From Burkholderiales bacterium (GTDB lineage Bacteria; Pseudomonadota; Gammaproteobacteria; Burkholderiales; SG8-39): a DNA stretch of 56,475 nucleotides. The notes beneath the pieces were generated by a model. The model did not search any database. It was given only the letters and a program-made list of their open reading frames with translations, and was not told where the DNA came from. The stretch lies in NCBI GenBank assembly GCA_036524215.1, contig DATDCR010000295.1, forward strand, positions 1 to 56,475. The letters are read 5' to 3'. Shown piece after piece: positions 1 to 14,589 of this stretch. The position numbers and the translations under genes are program-made. How positions within the stretch are numbered: position 1 is the first letter of the stretch; every line of letters starts with the position of its first letter.

Positions 1-876
1 GTCGCGCACATGGTCTGGTTCTGGATGGGCCCGGACGCCTACACCACCGCCAAGGTTGTGGATGAGATGAACAGCAAGGCGGGCTTGCTCTGGCAGTGGG
101 GTGCGCTCGACTTTGCCGGCGGCACGGTGGTGCACATCAATGCAGGCGTGGCTGGACTGGTGGGCGCCTACCTGATCGGCAAACGCATCGGCTACGGCAA
201 GGAGGCGATGCCGCCGCACAACATGACGTTGACGATGATCGGCGCGGCTTTGCTGTGGACCGGCTGGTTCGGCTTCAACGCCGGTTCCGCCCTGGAAGCG
301 AATGGCAGCGCGGCCCTCGCCTTCATCAACACGTACCTGGCAACGGCATGCGCGGTGCTGGCGTGGATCACCGGCGAAGCGATCTTCAAGGGCAAGCCTT
401 CCATGCTCGGCGCAGCGTCGGGTGCGGTGGCGGGACTGGTCGCGATCACGCCGGCGGCGGGCAATGTCGGCATCCCGGGAGCCTTCATCATCGGCTTCGC
501 GGCCGGCTTCGTCTGTCTGTGGGGTGTCAGCGGGCTGAAGAAGATGCTCGGCGCCGACGACTCGCTCGACGTCTTCGGCGTGCACGCAGTGGGCGGAATC
601 CTAGGCGCGCTGCTCACCGGTATCTTCAACGACCCGTCGCTCGGTGGACCGGGCCTGGTCGAAGACTGGGTCACCGGCAAGACGGGCTATCCGGGCATGA
701 TGGCGCAACTCTGGATCCAGGCAAAAGCGGTGGGCGTCACCCTGGTCTGGTCGGCCATCGTCGCGGCCGTCGCCTACAAGCTGGTCGATCTCACGATCGG
801 TCTGCGCGTGAGCGAGGAGGACGAGCGCGAAGGGCTGGATACGACGGCGCACGGGGAAGCGGCGTATCGCATGTAA
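1..876 (+). CDS. amtB: ammonium transporter (Amt family), 5'-truncated by the window edge
   Basis: ORF 10..876 stays open in frame back to base 1. The translation has Amt-type membrane segments and motifs (DFAGGTVVHINAG, GWFGFNAGSA, LDVFGVHAVGGILGALLTG). Confidence 0.9.
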   Translation, partial: VAHMVWFWMGPDAYTTAKVVDEMNSKAGLLWQWGALDFAGGTVVHINAGVAGLVGAYLIGKRIGYGKEAMPPHNMTLTMIGAALLWTGWFGFNAGSALEANGSAALAFINTYLATACAVLAWITGEAIFKGKPSMLGAASGAVAGLVAITPAAGNVGIPGAFIIGFAAGFVCLWGVSGLKKMLGADDSLDVFGVHAVGGILGALLTGIFNDPSLGGPGLVEDWVTGKTGYPGMMAQLWIQAKAVGVTLVWSAIVAAVAYKLVDLTIGLRVSEEDEREGLDTTAHGEAAYRM

Positions 877-894
877 GTCGGGCCGCAGTCCGAG

Positions 895-926
895 AAAGGG
901 CGCTTCGGCGCCCTTTTTTTGTTTTT
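895..926. terminator. hairpin terminator between convergent amtB and the MarR-family gene, possibly bidirectional
   Basis: GC stem gggcgc (898-903) / gcgccc (908-913) with a ttcg loop. An A-run lies upstream and T7 plus gttttt lies downstream. Confidence 0.6.
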
Positions 927-1356
927 ATCGCGAAAGCTTGTCGAGCAGAATCAGCAGCTGCTCGCGTTCCGTCGCGGCGAGGCACGAGGCGACTCTGCGC
1001 TCATGCCGCTCGATGCGCCGCCGCAGCCGCGCCACCAGCGTGCGCCCGGTGCGCGTCAGCCACAGACCGTTCGTGCGACGGTCGGCGCCTCGCCGGCGCT
1101 CGATGAAGCCGCGTTCCTCGAGGCCGTCGACCACCCCAACCATCGTAGAGCGGTCGAGCCCCACGGCTTCGGCCAGCCTGCCCTGCGGCACACCCGGATT
1201 CGCTTCGATCAGCATCAGCATGCCGACGCGTCCCGGCGACAGTTCGCCTACGCTGGAAGCGAAATCGCGAAACACCGCCTGCTGCGCAAGGCGCAGGCGA
1301 TAGCCGATCAGGCGGGGCAGCACGCCTTGCCGCAAGTCCTTTCGCGCGCGGTTCAC
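925..1356 (-). CDS. MarR-family transcriptional regulator
   Basis: C-terminal third of ORF 925..2265. It carries a winged-helix MarR signature (GRLAEAVGLDRSTMVGVVDGLEERGFIERRR..DRR). The first plausible start is GTG at 1356. The rest of the 446-aa ORF is antisense to the FAH gene and is not credible. Confidence 0.85.
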   Translation of the reverse strand: MNRARKDLRQGVLPRLIGYRLRLAQQAVFRDFASSVGELSPGRVGMLMLIEANPGVPQGRLAEAVGLDRSTMVGVVDGLEERGFIERRRGADRRTNGLWLTRTGRTLVARLRRRIERHERRVASCLAATEREQLLILLDKLSR

Positions 1357-1425
1357 TCGGTTCGGTTGCCAGACAGTTCCGGCCGATCGTACACGGAATA
1401 GAATTGCGGGTTTTTGAGGGAGCCT

Positions 1426-2118
1426 ATGGCTTACGCCATTGCAATGTGGACGCCGCCCGCGCTGCCGATCGCCGGCAGTGCCGATCTTTTTCCCGTGCGG
1501 CGCATCTTCTGCGTCGGTCGCAACTATGCCGAGCATCAGAAGGAGATGGGCGGCGATGGGCGCGAGCAGCCGTTCTTCTTCCTGAAAAGCGAGTTCGCGC
1601 TCGTTGCGCGTGGCGGCGATGTGCATTACCCCGCCAAGACTTCGAACTACCATTATGAGACCGAGCTCGTAGTCGCCATGGGCAAAGGCGGACGGCGCAT
1701 CGACGCCAAGCGCGCGAACGATCACGTCTTCGGCTACGCGGTCGGGCTCGACATGACGCGGCGCGATCTGCAGCAATGGGGCAAGGACCATGGCCGTCCG
1801 TGGGACTTCGGCAAGAATTTCGACGAGTCCGCGCCGTGTGCCGAGCTGGTGCCGGCGAGCAAGATCGGCCATCCGTCGAAGGGCGCGATCTGGCTCAACG
1901 TGAACGAAAAGCAGCGCCAGCGCGCCGATCTGGCAGACATGATCTGGTCGGTGCCGGAGCAGATCGCCTATCTGTCCGAGCACTACACGCTGGAGCCGGG
2001 CGACGTCATCTTTACGGGCACGCCCGCGGGTGTCGGCCCGGTGAAGCCGGGCGATCAGCTTCATGCCGGCATCGACGGCGTGGGCGAATTGAAGGTGAAA
2101 ATCGCCCCCGCGCTGTGA
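1426..2118 (+). CDS. fumarylacetoacetate hydrolase (FAH) family protein, fumarylpyruvate-hydrolase-like size
   Basis: ORF 1414..2118, with ATG at 1426 preceded by gaggga. FAH-fold motifs are present (RIFCVGRNYAEH, ETELVVAMGK, FGYAVGLDMTRRDLQ, GDVIFTGTPAGVG). Confidence 0.85.
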   Translation: MAYAIAMWTPPALPIAGSADLFPVRRIFCVGRNYAEHQKEMGGDGREQPFFFLKSEFALVARGGDVHYPAKTSNYHYETELVVAMGKGGRRIDAKRANDHVFGYAVGLDMTRRDLQQWGKDHGRPWDFGKNFDESAPCAELVPASKIGHPSKGAIWLNVNEKQRQRADLADMIWSVPEQIAYLSEHYTLEPGDVIFTGTPAGVGPVKPGDQLHAGIDGVGELKVKIAPAL

Positions 2119-2753
2119 AGCTGTACACGTACTTTCGCAGCTCGGCGGCGTTTCGCGTACGCATCGCCCTGAACCTGAAGGGCATGGACTACGAGCCGGT
2201 GTTCGTGCACCTGGCCAAGGGCGAGCACCGCAAGCCCGAGTATGCGAAAGTGAATCCGCAGGCATTGGTGCCGACGCTGGTTCTCGACGACGGCACGCGG
2301 CTCGTCCAGTCGCTCGCCATCATGGAATGGCTGGACGAGAAGCAGCCGACGCCCGCGCTCGTGCCGAGCGAGTCGTTCGCGAGGGCTCGCGTGCGCGCCA
2401 TCGCCTACCTGATCGCGTGCGAAATCCATCCCCTGAACAACCTGCGCGTGCTGCAGCACCTGAAGCGCTCGCTCGGGCAGAACGAGGACCAGGTGAACGC
2501 CTGGTACCGCCACTGGATCGCCGACGGTCTCGCCAAGCTCGAGGCCGAGCTCGCGCAGCCCGGGAGCGGGGAATACTGCCACGGCGATAGGCCGACGATG
2601 GCGGACTGCTGCCTCGTGCCGCAGATCTTCAATGCCCAGCGCTATAGCTGCGACCTCGCGCCGTATCCGGTCACGATGCGCGTTTTCGGCAACTGCATGA
2701 AGCTGCCGGCCTTCGACCGGGCGCAGCCCTCGAAACAACCCGACGCCGAGTAG
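2115..2753 (+). CDS. maiA: maleylacetoacetate/maleylpyruvate isomerase (GST zeta class)
   Basis: In-frame tail of ORF 1776..2753. GTG at 2115 overlaps the upstream TGA (GTGA). GST-zeta motifs are present (LYTYFRSSAAFRVRIALNLKG, NPQALVPTL, SLAIMEWLDE). Confidence 0.85.
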   Translation: MKLYTYFRSSAAFRVRIALNLKGMDYEPVFVHLAKGEHRKPEYAKVNPQALVPTLVLDDGTRLVQSLAIMEWLDEKQPTPALVPSESFARARVRAIAYLIACEIHPLNNLRVLQHLKRSLGQNEDQVNAWYRHWIADGLAKLEAELAQPGSGEYCHGDRPTMADCCLVPQIFNAQRYSCDLAPYPVTMRVFGNCMKLPAFDRAQPSKQPDAE

Positions 2754-2756
2754 ACC

Positions 2757-4937
<2,181 letters not shown>

Positions 4938-4940
4938 GCG

Positions 4941-5381
4941 CTAGCGCGCGCGGAACAGCGCCTTGAGCTCTTCCGAAATGGCCTCGCCCTTGAGCGGCGT
5001 GCCGGGCCCGGCGACATAACGCCCCCAGACGCGGGTTTCCCTGGCGGCGGCGAGCGGCGTGCCGTCCTCACGGACGATATCGTGCTCGACGACAAAGGAC
5101 TTGCCGCCAAAGCGGCCGATGCGCGAACGCACCTCACAGCGATCCCCCTGCAGGGCCGGCGACAGGAACTGACATTCCGCCGAGACGAGCGGCATCGCGA
5201 GGTGCTCCGCGCGCATGCGCTTCGCGCTGTAGCCCGCCGCCTCGAAAAGCGCCCAACAGGCGGCATCCGCCCAGCGAAAATAGGTCGGATAGAAAATGAT
5301 GCCGGCCGGATCGCAGTCGCCCCATTCCACCCGGCAGGGGAACCGGTTGACGATCGAATGGAAGTCCGGCAGCGCGCTCAT
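4941..5381 (-). CDS. acyl-CoA thioesterase, 4-hydroxybenzoyl-CoA thioesterase/YbgC (hotdog) family
   Basis: ORF 4941..5444. The likely start is the internal ATG at 5381 (MSALPDF...). Hotdog-fold thioesterase pattern (RVEWGDCDPAGIIFYPTYFRW). Confidence 0.75.
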   Translation of the reverse strand: MSALPDFHSIVNRFPCRVEWGDCDPAGIIFYPTYFRWADAACWALFEAAGYSAKRMRAEHLAMPLVSAECQFLSPALQGDRCEVRSRIGRFGGKSFVVEHDIVREDGTPLAAARETRVWGRYVAGPGTPLKGEAISEELKALFRAR

Positions 5382-5410
5382 CGGGAGGCGGCGATTATAA
5401 GCACGCATGA

Positions 5411-5439
5411 TTGACAGCCCGGTGCACTGTGGGCAGACT
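5411..5439 (+). promoter_or_regulatory. candidate sigma-70 promoter for metH
   Basis: TTGACA (5411-5416), exactly 17 nt of spacer, then CAGACT (5434-5439), which keeps the conserved A2 and T6 of the -10 hexamer. It lies in the divergent intergenic region if the thioesterase starts at 5381. Confidence 0.4.
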
Positions 5440-5507
5440 CCCACTCACGCGCCGATTTGATGTTCAGCTTGCGGGCGCGCTACAAATGCCGCTAAAGAGG
5501 CGCGTCG

Positions 5508-5549
5508 AAAGGCCCGTTTCTGCACCAAGCTGAACGGGCCTTTGTGTTT
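5508..5549 (+). terminator. intrinsic-terminator-like hairpin inside the metH 5' leader (possible attenuator)
   Basis: Stem aaaggcccgtt (5508-5518) / aacgggccttt (5533-5543) with a 14-nt loop, followed by tttgtgttt. It ends 14 nt before the metH GTG, and ggag lies at 5555-5558. Confidence 0.5.
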
Positions 5550-5563
5550 CCGCTGGAGCATCT

Positions 5564-9280
<3,717 letters not shown>

Positions 9281-9289
9281 TTCGCGCCC

Positions 9290-9391
9290 ATGGGAAAAGG
9301 CGACAAACGCACACGCCGCGGGAAGATCTACCGCGCCAGCTACGGCAAGAAACGACCGCACCGCGTCAAGAAGCAGAAAAAGACGCGCTGA
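9290..9391 (+). CDS. 30S ribosomal protein bTHX (Thx family), 33 aa
   Basis: Hand-translated and absent from the ORF track because of its size: ATG 9290 to TGA 9389-9391 gives MGKGDKRTRRGKIYRASYGKKRPHRVKKQKKTR. This closely matches the Thermus Thx pattern GKGD.RTRRGKI.RG.YGK.RP. Confidence 0.8.
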   Translation: MGKGDKRTRRGKIYRASYGKKRPHRVKKQKKTR

Positions 9392-10636
9392 TTACTCTTC
9401 GCGCCGGCCCACGGGCAGGCCAAGCGCCTTGAGCTTGCGGTAAAGATGCGTGCGCTCCAGTCCGGAGCGCTCGGCTACGCGCGACATGCTGCCGTGCTCG
9501 CGCGCGAGCAGATTCTCGAAGTAGACGCGTTCGAACGCTTCGCGCGCTTCGCGATACGGCCGGTCGAGCGCGATCTCGGGCAGCGCGCCCGGCGAGCCTC
9601 GCGTACCAAGGACCCGCTCGACATCGTGCAGCTGAATCTCCTCCTCGAGCGTGGTAAAGGCGAGATCCTTGACGACGCTCTCCAACTCCGCCAGGTTGCC
9701 CGGCCACGAGTGATGGCGTAAGGCGTTCAGCGAAGCAATCGACAGGCGCCTCGGCGGACACAGGCGGGCCTCGACCAGCTGCGCCAGCATCAATGAGGCG
9801 AGGTCAGGAATGTCCTCCGCGAAATCGCGCACCGCGGGAAGCTTGAGCGTGAGCTCGGCGAGCCGCATGCACAGATCCGGGTCGAAGTCGTGCTTCTCGA
9901 CCAGGGTGCGGGCATCCACCGGCGAGAAGGAAACGACGCGCGCCTTGTACTTGTCGGCGCGGGGTAGCAGGAACTCGAGATGCCGCTGCTCGTTGCGCTC
10001 GAAACGGCTGAGATCGTGGAAAAACAGCAGCCCGCCCGCCGCCTTGGCGAGCAGTTCCGAAGGCGGCTCGGCGAGCATCTCGGGCCCGCTGATGAAGGGC
10101 GCACCGGGCGGCGTAAGCAGGCGTGCGAAAAGCTCCGCGCGCATGCCGCGCTCGCCGCGCAGCATGAGCGGCGCCCCGAGCGGCGCGAGCTGCGCGAGCC
10201 TCTTCTTCGCGTCCGCAAGCGCGCTCGAGCGACCCAGCGTCGCGAGCGTCAGCTGCGGCGACGGCGCCGCCTCGGGGTTGCGCAACGCCCGCTTCACGGT
10301 GGCCAGGAGCCGCTGCAGCGCAATCGGCTTCTCGAGGAAATCGAGCGCGCCGATGCGGGTCGCCTCGACCGCCGTCTCGATCGTCGCGTGCCCCGACATC
10401 ATGACGACCGGCATCGTCAACTGACCGCTGGCGGCCCATTCCTTGAGAAGCGTGATGCCATCCGTATCCGGCATCCAGATGTCGAGCAGCACGAGATCCG
10501 GCCGGCCGCGCTCGCGAAACCGCCGCGCCTCGCTCGCGCTTTCCGCCAAGGAGACCTGATGACCCTCGTCCTCGAGAATCTCCGAGAGCAGTTCGCGGAT
10601 GCCGATTTCGTCGTCGACGACCAGAATCTGCGCCAT
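9392..10636 (-). CDS. ntrX: NtrX-like response regulator (receiver + degenerate sigma-54-activator AAA+ domain + Fis-type HTH)
   Basis: ORF 9392..10636. Receiver domain (ILVVDDE, LVLLDIWMPDTDG), then a central domain alignable to EBPs but lacking the ATPase motifs, then a C-terminal HTH (MSRVAERSGLERTHLYRKLK). It lies immediately downstream of an NtrY-like kinase. Confidence 0.85.
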   Translation of the reverse strand: MAQILVVDDEIGIRELLSEILEDEGHQVSLAESASEARRFRERGRPDLVLLDIWMPDTDGITLLKEWAASGQLTMPVVMMSGHATIETAVEATRIGALDFLEKPIALQRLLATVKRALRNPEAAPSPQLTLATLGRSSALADAKKRLAQLAPLGAPLMLRGERGMRAELFARLLTPPGAPFISGPEMLAEPPSELLAKAAGGLLFFHDLSRFERNEQRHLEFLLPRADKYKARVVSFSPVDARTLVEKHDFDPDLCMRLAELTLKLPAVRDFAEDIPDLASLMLAQLVEARLCPPRRLSIASLNALRHHSWPGNLAELESVVKDLAFTTLEEEIQLHDVERVLGTRGSPGALPEIALDRPYREAREAFERVYFENLLAREHGSMSRVAERSGLERTHLYRKLKALGLPVGRREE

Positions 10637-10638
10637 GC

Positions 10639-12714
10639 TCAGGCCGCTTTAGCCAAAGGCAACAACACGGTCACCGAGGCGCCGTGCGCCGGCGTGTTCT
10701 GGATCGCCACGCTGCCGTGGTGTTCATCGATGATCTTCTTCACGATCGCCAGGCCGAGACCCGTGCCACGCGGTTTGGTCGTGACATACGGTTCGAAAAT
10801 ACGCGCCATCAACTCTTCTGGAAATCCCGCGCCATTGTCCGACACGGCCAGCCTCACGCCGTCGTCCGCCAGCTCGGTGCGGACTTCGATCGCGGCCGAG
10901 CGACCAGCGGCGTGTGCATTCTCAAGCGCGTCCTGCGCATTCTGCACCAGGTTGTGGATGACTTGGCGAATCTGGCCGGCGTCTGCCCACACCGGCGGAA
11001 GCGCGGGCGCCAGGCGCTTCACGATCGGCACGCGCGAGTTCTCATAGAGCGCAAGCACCTCGGTCACCAGCGCATTCAGGTCAAGGCGACCAAGTGCCGG
11101 CGCCGGCAAGCGCGCGTAGTCGCGAAAGTCATCGACCATGGCCTTCAGCGCGGTGACCTGGCTCACGATCGTGCTCGTCGCGCGCCTGAGCGCTTCGGAA
11201 TCCTCGCGCGAGAGCCGCTCCGCCAGCTTCATCTCCAGGCGCTCGGCGGAGAGCTGGATCGGCGTCAGCGGGTTCTTGATCTCGTGCGCAAGGCGTCGGG
11301 CTACCTCGGCCCATGCCGTGGCACGCTGGGCCTGGATCAGCTGCGTCACGTCGTCGAACACCACGACGTACCCGCCGCCGGTCGCGTGCGGCAGGCGCGC
11401 CCCACGGGCGTGCAAGGTCTTGCCCGTGCCCTTGAGATGGAGCTCGAGCTGCCAGGGCCTGTCGCCCTGCTCGCGGAAATGATCGCGCATGAGCGTGGCG
11501 AATCCTTCCAGTTCGGCGCCAAGGATGGTCGCCGCACCGCGGTTGGAGATGGAGAGGCCGAACTCGTGGTCGAAAACCAGCACGCCGGCCGACAGATTGG
11601 CGAGGATGTTCTCCAGGTGGGCTTTCGCCGCCTCGAGCGCGGTTCGATTCGCATCGAGCACCCGTCGGGCTTCATCCAGCTGGCGGATCATGGAATTGAA
11701 TGACTCGGTCAGCACGCCGAGCTCGTCTCGGCTCGTGACCGGTGCCTGGCCGGAAAAATCGCCCCGTGCGACGGCTTGCATCGCCTGCGCGAGGGTGGCC
11801 AGCGGTTCGGCCAAGATCTTCGATTGCGTGACGGCGACCGCAACCGCCACGAAGAGCGCCATCAGCAGCGCGAAGCTCAACGTAACGAGGTAGATGCGCT
11901 TAAGCCCGTCGCGCGATAGCGAGAGCTCGCGGTAGTCCCGGTACGCGGCTTCCACCGCCTCCGCGTTGCGCGCCAGGTTCGGCGGCACGGAGGAGCGCAA
12001 TTGCAGGAAGCGAGGCTCGCCCGAGAGCACCAGCGGCTCGAGCGGCACGATGGCCCGCAATCCGAGCGCCTGGCCGGGCCGTGCGTCGATCAGGGTATGC
12101 CCTCGCTGCAGCCGCGCCTGGCGCAGCAATGACGTCGGCGGCAGATCCGGCAGGAACTTCGTCATGTCGTCGCTCGCGCTCGCAATCAGGCGTCCGTTTG
12201 CGCTGATCACGATGGCCTCCTGAACACCCGCCTGCAAACGCAAGCGCTCGAGCTGGCGAACGAGCTGCGACGGCGCCACGTCCCCAAGCTCGAGCGCCAT
12301 TGCGCGCGCCTTGGACTGCAGATCGACCAGCATCTGGTCGATCGCCTGCTGCCCGAGGTTGATACCGCCTTCCAAGGCGGCATCGACCTTGACGTCGAAC
12401 CATGATTCGATCGACCGCGTAAGGAACTGCACCGAAACTGCGTAGACGATGAGGCCAGGCAGCACGGCCAGCGCGGCGAACCGCAGGAGCAGCCGCAGCG
12501 TAAGCCGTGTGCCGAATACCCGCGCGCGATAGCGCCGTGCCATGGCGAGGATCTCGTAGCTCACCACGCCGGCCAGCAAGGCAGCGAGCGCCGCATTGAG
12601 GGCCAGCAGAAGCGGATAGTGCTGGGCGAACAACGTCGTGTCGCTGCTGGCGCTCGCCAGCAGGAACAGCCCGATCGCCGCTACGGCACCGCCTACAATG
12701 AGGAGCGCCTTCAT
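10639..12714 (-). CDS. ntrY: NtrY-like sensor histidine kinase (TM-HAMP-PAS-HisKA-HATPase)
   Basis: ORF 10639..12795. The probable start is ATG 12714 (MKALLIVGG), overlapping the upstream stop (ATGA). H-box HEIKNPLTPIQLSAERL, with N, G1 and G2 boxes (NLVQNAQDA, DNGAGF, GTGLGLAIV). Confidence 0.88.
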   Translation of the reverse strand: MKALLIVGGAVAAIGLFLLASASSDTTLFAQHYPLLLALNAALAALLAGVVSYEILAMARRYRARVFGTRLTLRLLLRFAALAVLPGLIVYAVSVQFLTRSIESWFDVKVDAALEGGINLGQQAIDQMLVDLQSKARAMALELGDVAPSQLVRQLERLRLQAGVQEAIVISANGRLIASASDDMTKFLPDLPPTSLLRQARLQRGHTLIDARPGQALGLRAIVPLEPLVLSGEPRFLQLRSSVPPNLARNAEAVEAAYRDYRELSLSRDGLKRIYLVTLSFALLMALFVAVAVAVTQSKILAEPLATLAQAMQAVARGDFSGQAPVTSRDELGVLTESFNSMIRQLDEARRVLDANRTALEAAKAHLENILANLSAGVLVFDHEFGLSISNRGAATILGAELEGFATLMRDHFREQGDRPWQLELHLKGTGKTLHARGARLPHATGGGYVVVFDDVTQLIQAQRATAWAEVARRLAHEIKNPLTPIQLSAERLEMKLAERLSREDSEALRRATSTIVSQVTALKAMVDDFRDYARLPAPALGRLDLNALVTEVLALYENSRVPIVKRLAPALPPVWADAGQIRQVIHNLVQNAQDALENAHAAGRSAAIEVRTELADDGVRLAVSDNGAGFPEELMARIFEPYVTTKPRGTGLGLAIVKKIIDEHHGSVAIQNTPAHGASVTVLLPLAKAA

Positions 12715-13322
12715 CGGTCTGCTCCGTGGCGCGGCTCCCGGCTCTCCACCGGGGCCGGCAGCTGCCGTGGCGAGCGCACCGTGAACCGCAACCACTGGGA
12801 TTCGAGCTGCAACTCGCGGCTGGTCAGCGCGCTGAGCTGGAACGGCTTCGGCAGCAGCGACGTGTCGAGGCGCATGCGAACGCCCGCATCGTAGTCCGCG
12901 TCTGCGAAGGTGACCGTGCGTTCAACCACCAGCCAGTTACGCACATGCTTCAGCACATTCAGCGCCTCGTCGAGCGTCGCAAAGCTCTGTTGCAGCAGCC
13001 CCGTAGACAGGCGGTACTGGCGCGACAGGGCGTGATACGAGAGGCGCAGCTGTAATCGCTTGGCGGCTGCGGTCTCGTCAAACCAGTACCAGCGTCGCCG
13101 GCTGAGCTCGAAGTCGACACGAAAATACAGCGGCACGCCGTTGGACACCACTTCAGACAGGCGTTGCGTCAGATCGAAGTCGAAATCGGCGTCGAGCACC
13201 AAGCCGTCTTCAACGGCGCGCAACCGGGCGTCGCGCACGTCGATCTCGTCGGCGAAGGCAAGGACCGCGAAGGCGAGAATCAACAGCCCGCTGCACAGTG
13301 CGATGCTGCGCATCGCGCTCAC
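12711..13322 (-). CDS. DUF4390-family secreted protein
   Basis: ORF 12711..13322 with an N-terminal signal peptide (MRSIALCSGLLILAFAVLAFA). It sits between rsmB and ntrY, the usual context for this family. The start could be ATG 13313 instead. Confidence 0.75.
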   Translation of the reverse strand: MSAMRSIALCSGLLILAFAVLAFADEIDVRDARLRAVEDGLVLDADFDFDLTQRLSEVVSNGVPLYFRVDFELSRRRWYWFDETAAAKRLQLRLSYHALSRQYRLSTGLLQQSFATLDEALNVLKHVRNWLVVERTVTFADADYDAGVRMRLDTSLLPKPFQLSALTSRELQLESQWLRFTVRSPRQLPAPVESREPRHGADR

Positions 13323-13323
13323 A

Positions 13324-14589
13324 TCAGGCTTGCTTTTGGATCAACGCGTAGAAGAAGCCGTCGTGCTGGGCATCGGGCAGCCATTGTGCCGGTTCGCCAT
13401 CGGCTAGCGGAAGACGCCGCGCGTGCGCGGTCGCGGCGACGAAGGCGTCGACGACCGTTTCGTTTTCCTGTGGAAATACGGAACACGTGGCATACAGCAA
13501 TTTACCACCCGCTGCGAGCATCGGCCAAAGCGCCGCCAGTATTGCGCGCTGACGCCGCGCGAACTCCTCCAAGTCGCTTCTTCGCCGCAGCCATTTCACA
13601 TCCGGTCGACGGCGTGCAATGCCCGAGGCGGTGCAGGGCACATCCGCCAGGATACGTTCGAAGCTGCGGCCGTCCCACCAAGCCGACGGCTCGGTGGCAT
13701 CGCCGATGCGCACGCTCGCGGCCAGTCCGAGCCGTGCGAGATTCGGCCCTATCCGAGCAGCGCGGGCAGCCTCGTGATCCAAAGCCGTCAGTTCGACGTC
13801 GGCTAGCTCGAGGATATGGGCCGCCTTGCCACCCGGTGCAGCGCAGGCGTCGAGCACGCGCTGGCCACCGGCCAGATCAAGGCAATAGGCGGCGCGTTGC
13901 GCGCCGGCGTCCTGGACTGAGATTTCTCCTGCCGCGAAGCCGGGAAGACGCTCGACCGGTAGCGGGCGCTCGAGAATGAGCGCCTGACGGCCATAGCGAT
14001 GGGCGGCGATTCCGGCTTGGGCGAGCCGGGCTTGGTAATCGGCCAAGGAGATGCGGCGCAGATTCGGGCGCACACCCATCGGCGGGTGGCTGTTGCCGGC
14101 TTCCAATATCGATGGCCAAGCTTCGGGGTAGGCGGCTCGCAAGACTTCGATCCACCAATTCGGATGCTGGTACTTGGCCTCGTCTTGCGTCGCCAACTGC
14201 TCTTCGATCGCGGCGCGCTCGCGCAGGAACCTCCGCAGGAGCGCGTTCACATAGGACTTCGCCGGCCATCGCTCAAGCACGCCGCAGGCTTTGACGGCTT
14301 CGTCCACCACCGTGTGGTCTCCATAGCGGCCGCTTTCCAAGGCATACAGCGCGCACCACAGCAGCGCTGCGACGGTCTCATCCGGCTGGCCACGGCTCGA
14401 CAATGCGTTGACGATGGTGTGCACACGCCCATAGCGGCGCAATGTGCCGTGGGTCAGGTCGATGAGTGCACCCCGCGACGCCGAACTTGCGTCAACCCGC
14501 GGCAGTTGTTCGGCGAGACTTGCTCCCGAGGCCACCAGCGCGACAAGGCGTGCCGCCTCGCCAAGTTCCGCGGCGAGGGAAGCTTTCAC
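13324..14589 (-). CDS. rsmB: 16S rRNA (cytosine967-C5)-methyltransferase
   Basis: ORF 13324..14700. GTG at 14589 overlaps the fmt stop (GTGA). NusB-like N-terminal domain followed by an AdoMet methyltransferase core (VLDACAAPGGKAAHI, ILADVPCTASG, LLYATCSVFPQENE). Confidence 0.9.
   Translation of the reverse strand: MKASLAAELGEAARLVALVASGASLAEQLPRVDASSASRGALIDLTHGTLRRYGRVHTIVNALSSRGQPDETVAALLWCALYALESGRYGDHTVVDEAVKACGVLERWPAKSYVNALLRRFLRERAAIEEQLATQDEAKYQHPNWWIEVLRAAYPEAWPSILEAGNSHPPMGVRPNLRRISLADYQARLAQAGIAAHRYGRQALILERPLPVERLPGFAAGEISVQDAGAQRAAYCLDLAGGQRVLDACAAPGGKAAHILELADVELTALDHEAARAARIGPNLARLGLAASVRIGDATEPSAWWDGRSFERILADVPCTASGIARRRPDVKWLRRRSDLEEFARRQRAILAALWPMLAAGGKLLYATCSVFPQENETVVDAFVAATAHARRLPLADGEPAQWLPDAQHDGFFYALIQKQA

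Noticed and set aside
1357-2265. N-terminal 300 aa of the 446-aa minus-strand ORF 925..2265
   Set aside because: Only the last 143 codons carry the MarR fold. The remainder overlaps the FAH and GST genes antisense and has no start context. The ORF is simply open upstream of the real GTG start.
5445-5563. Known riboswitch (SAH, SAM or cobalamin) upstream of metH
   Set aside because: I looked for the SAH core (GAGGAGCGCUGC ... CAGGCUCGG ... AACGGCGCUC) and for a B12 box and could not align either. The leader is therefore reported as an unclassified structured element rather than called as a known class. A covariance-model search is still needed.
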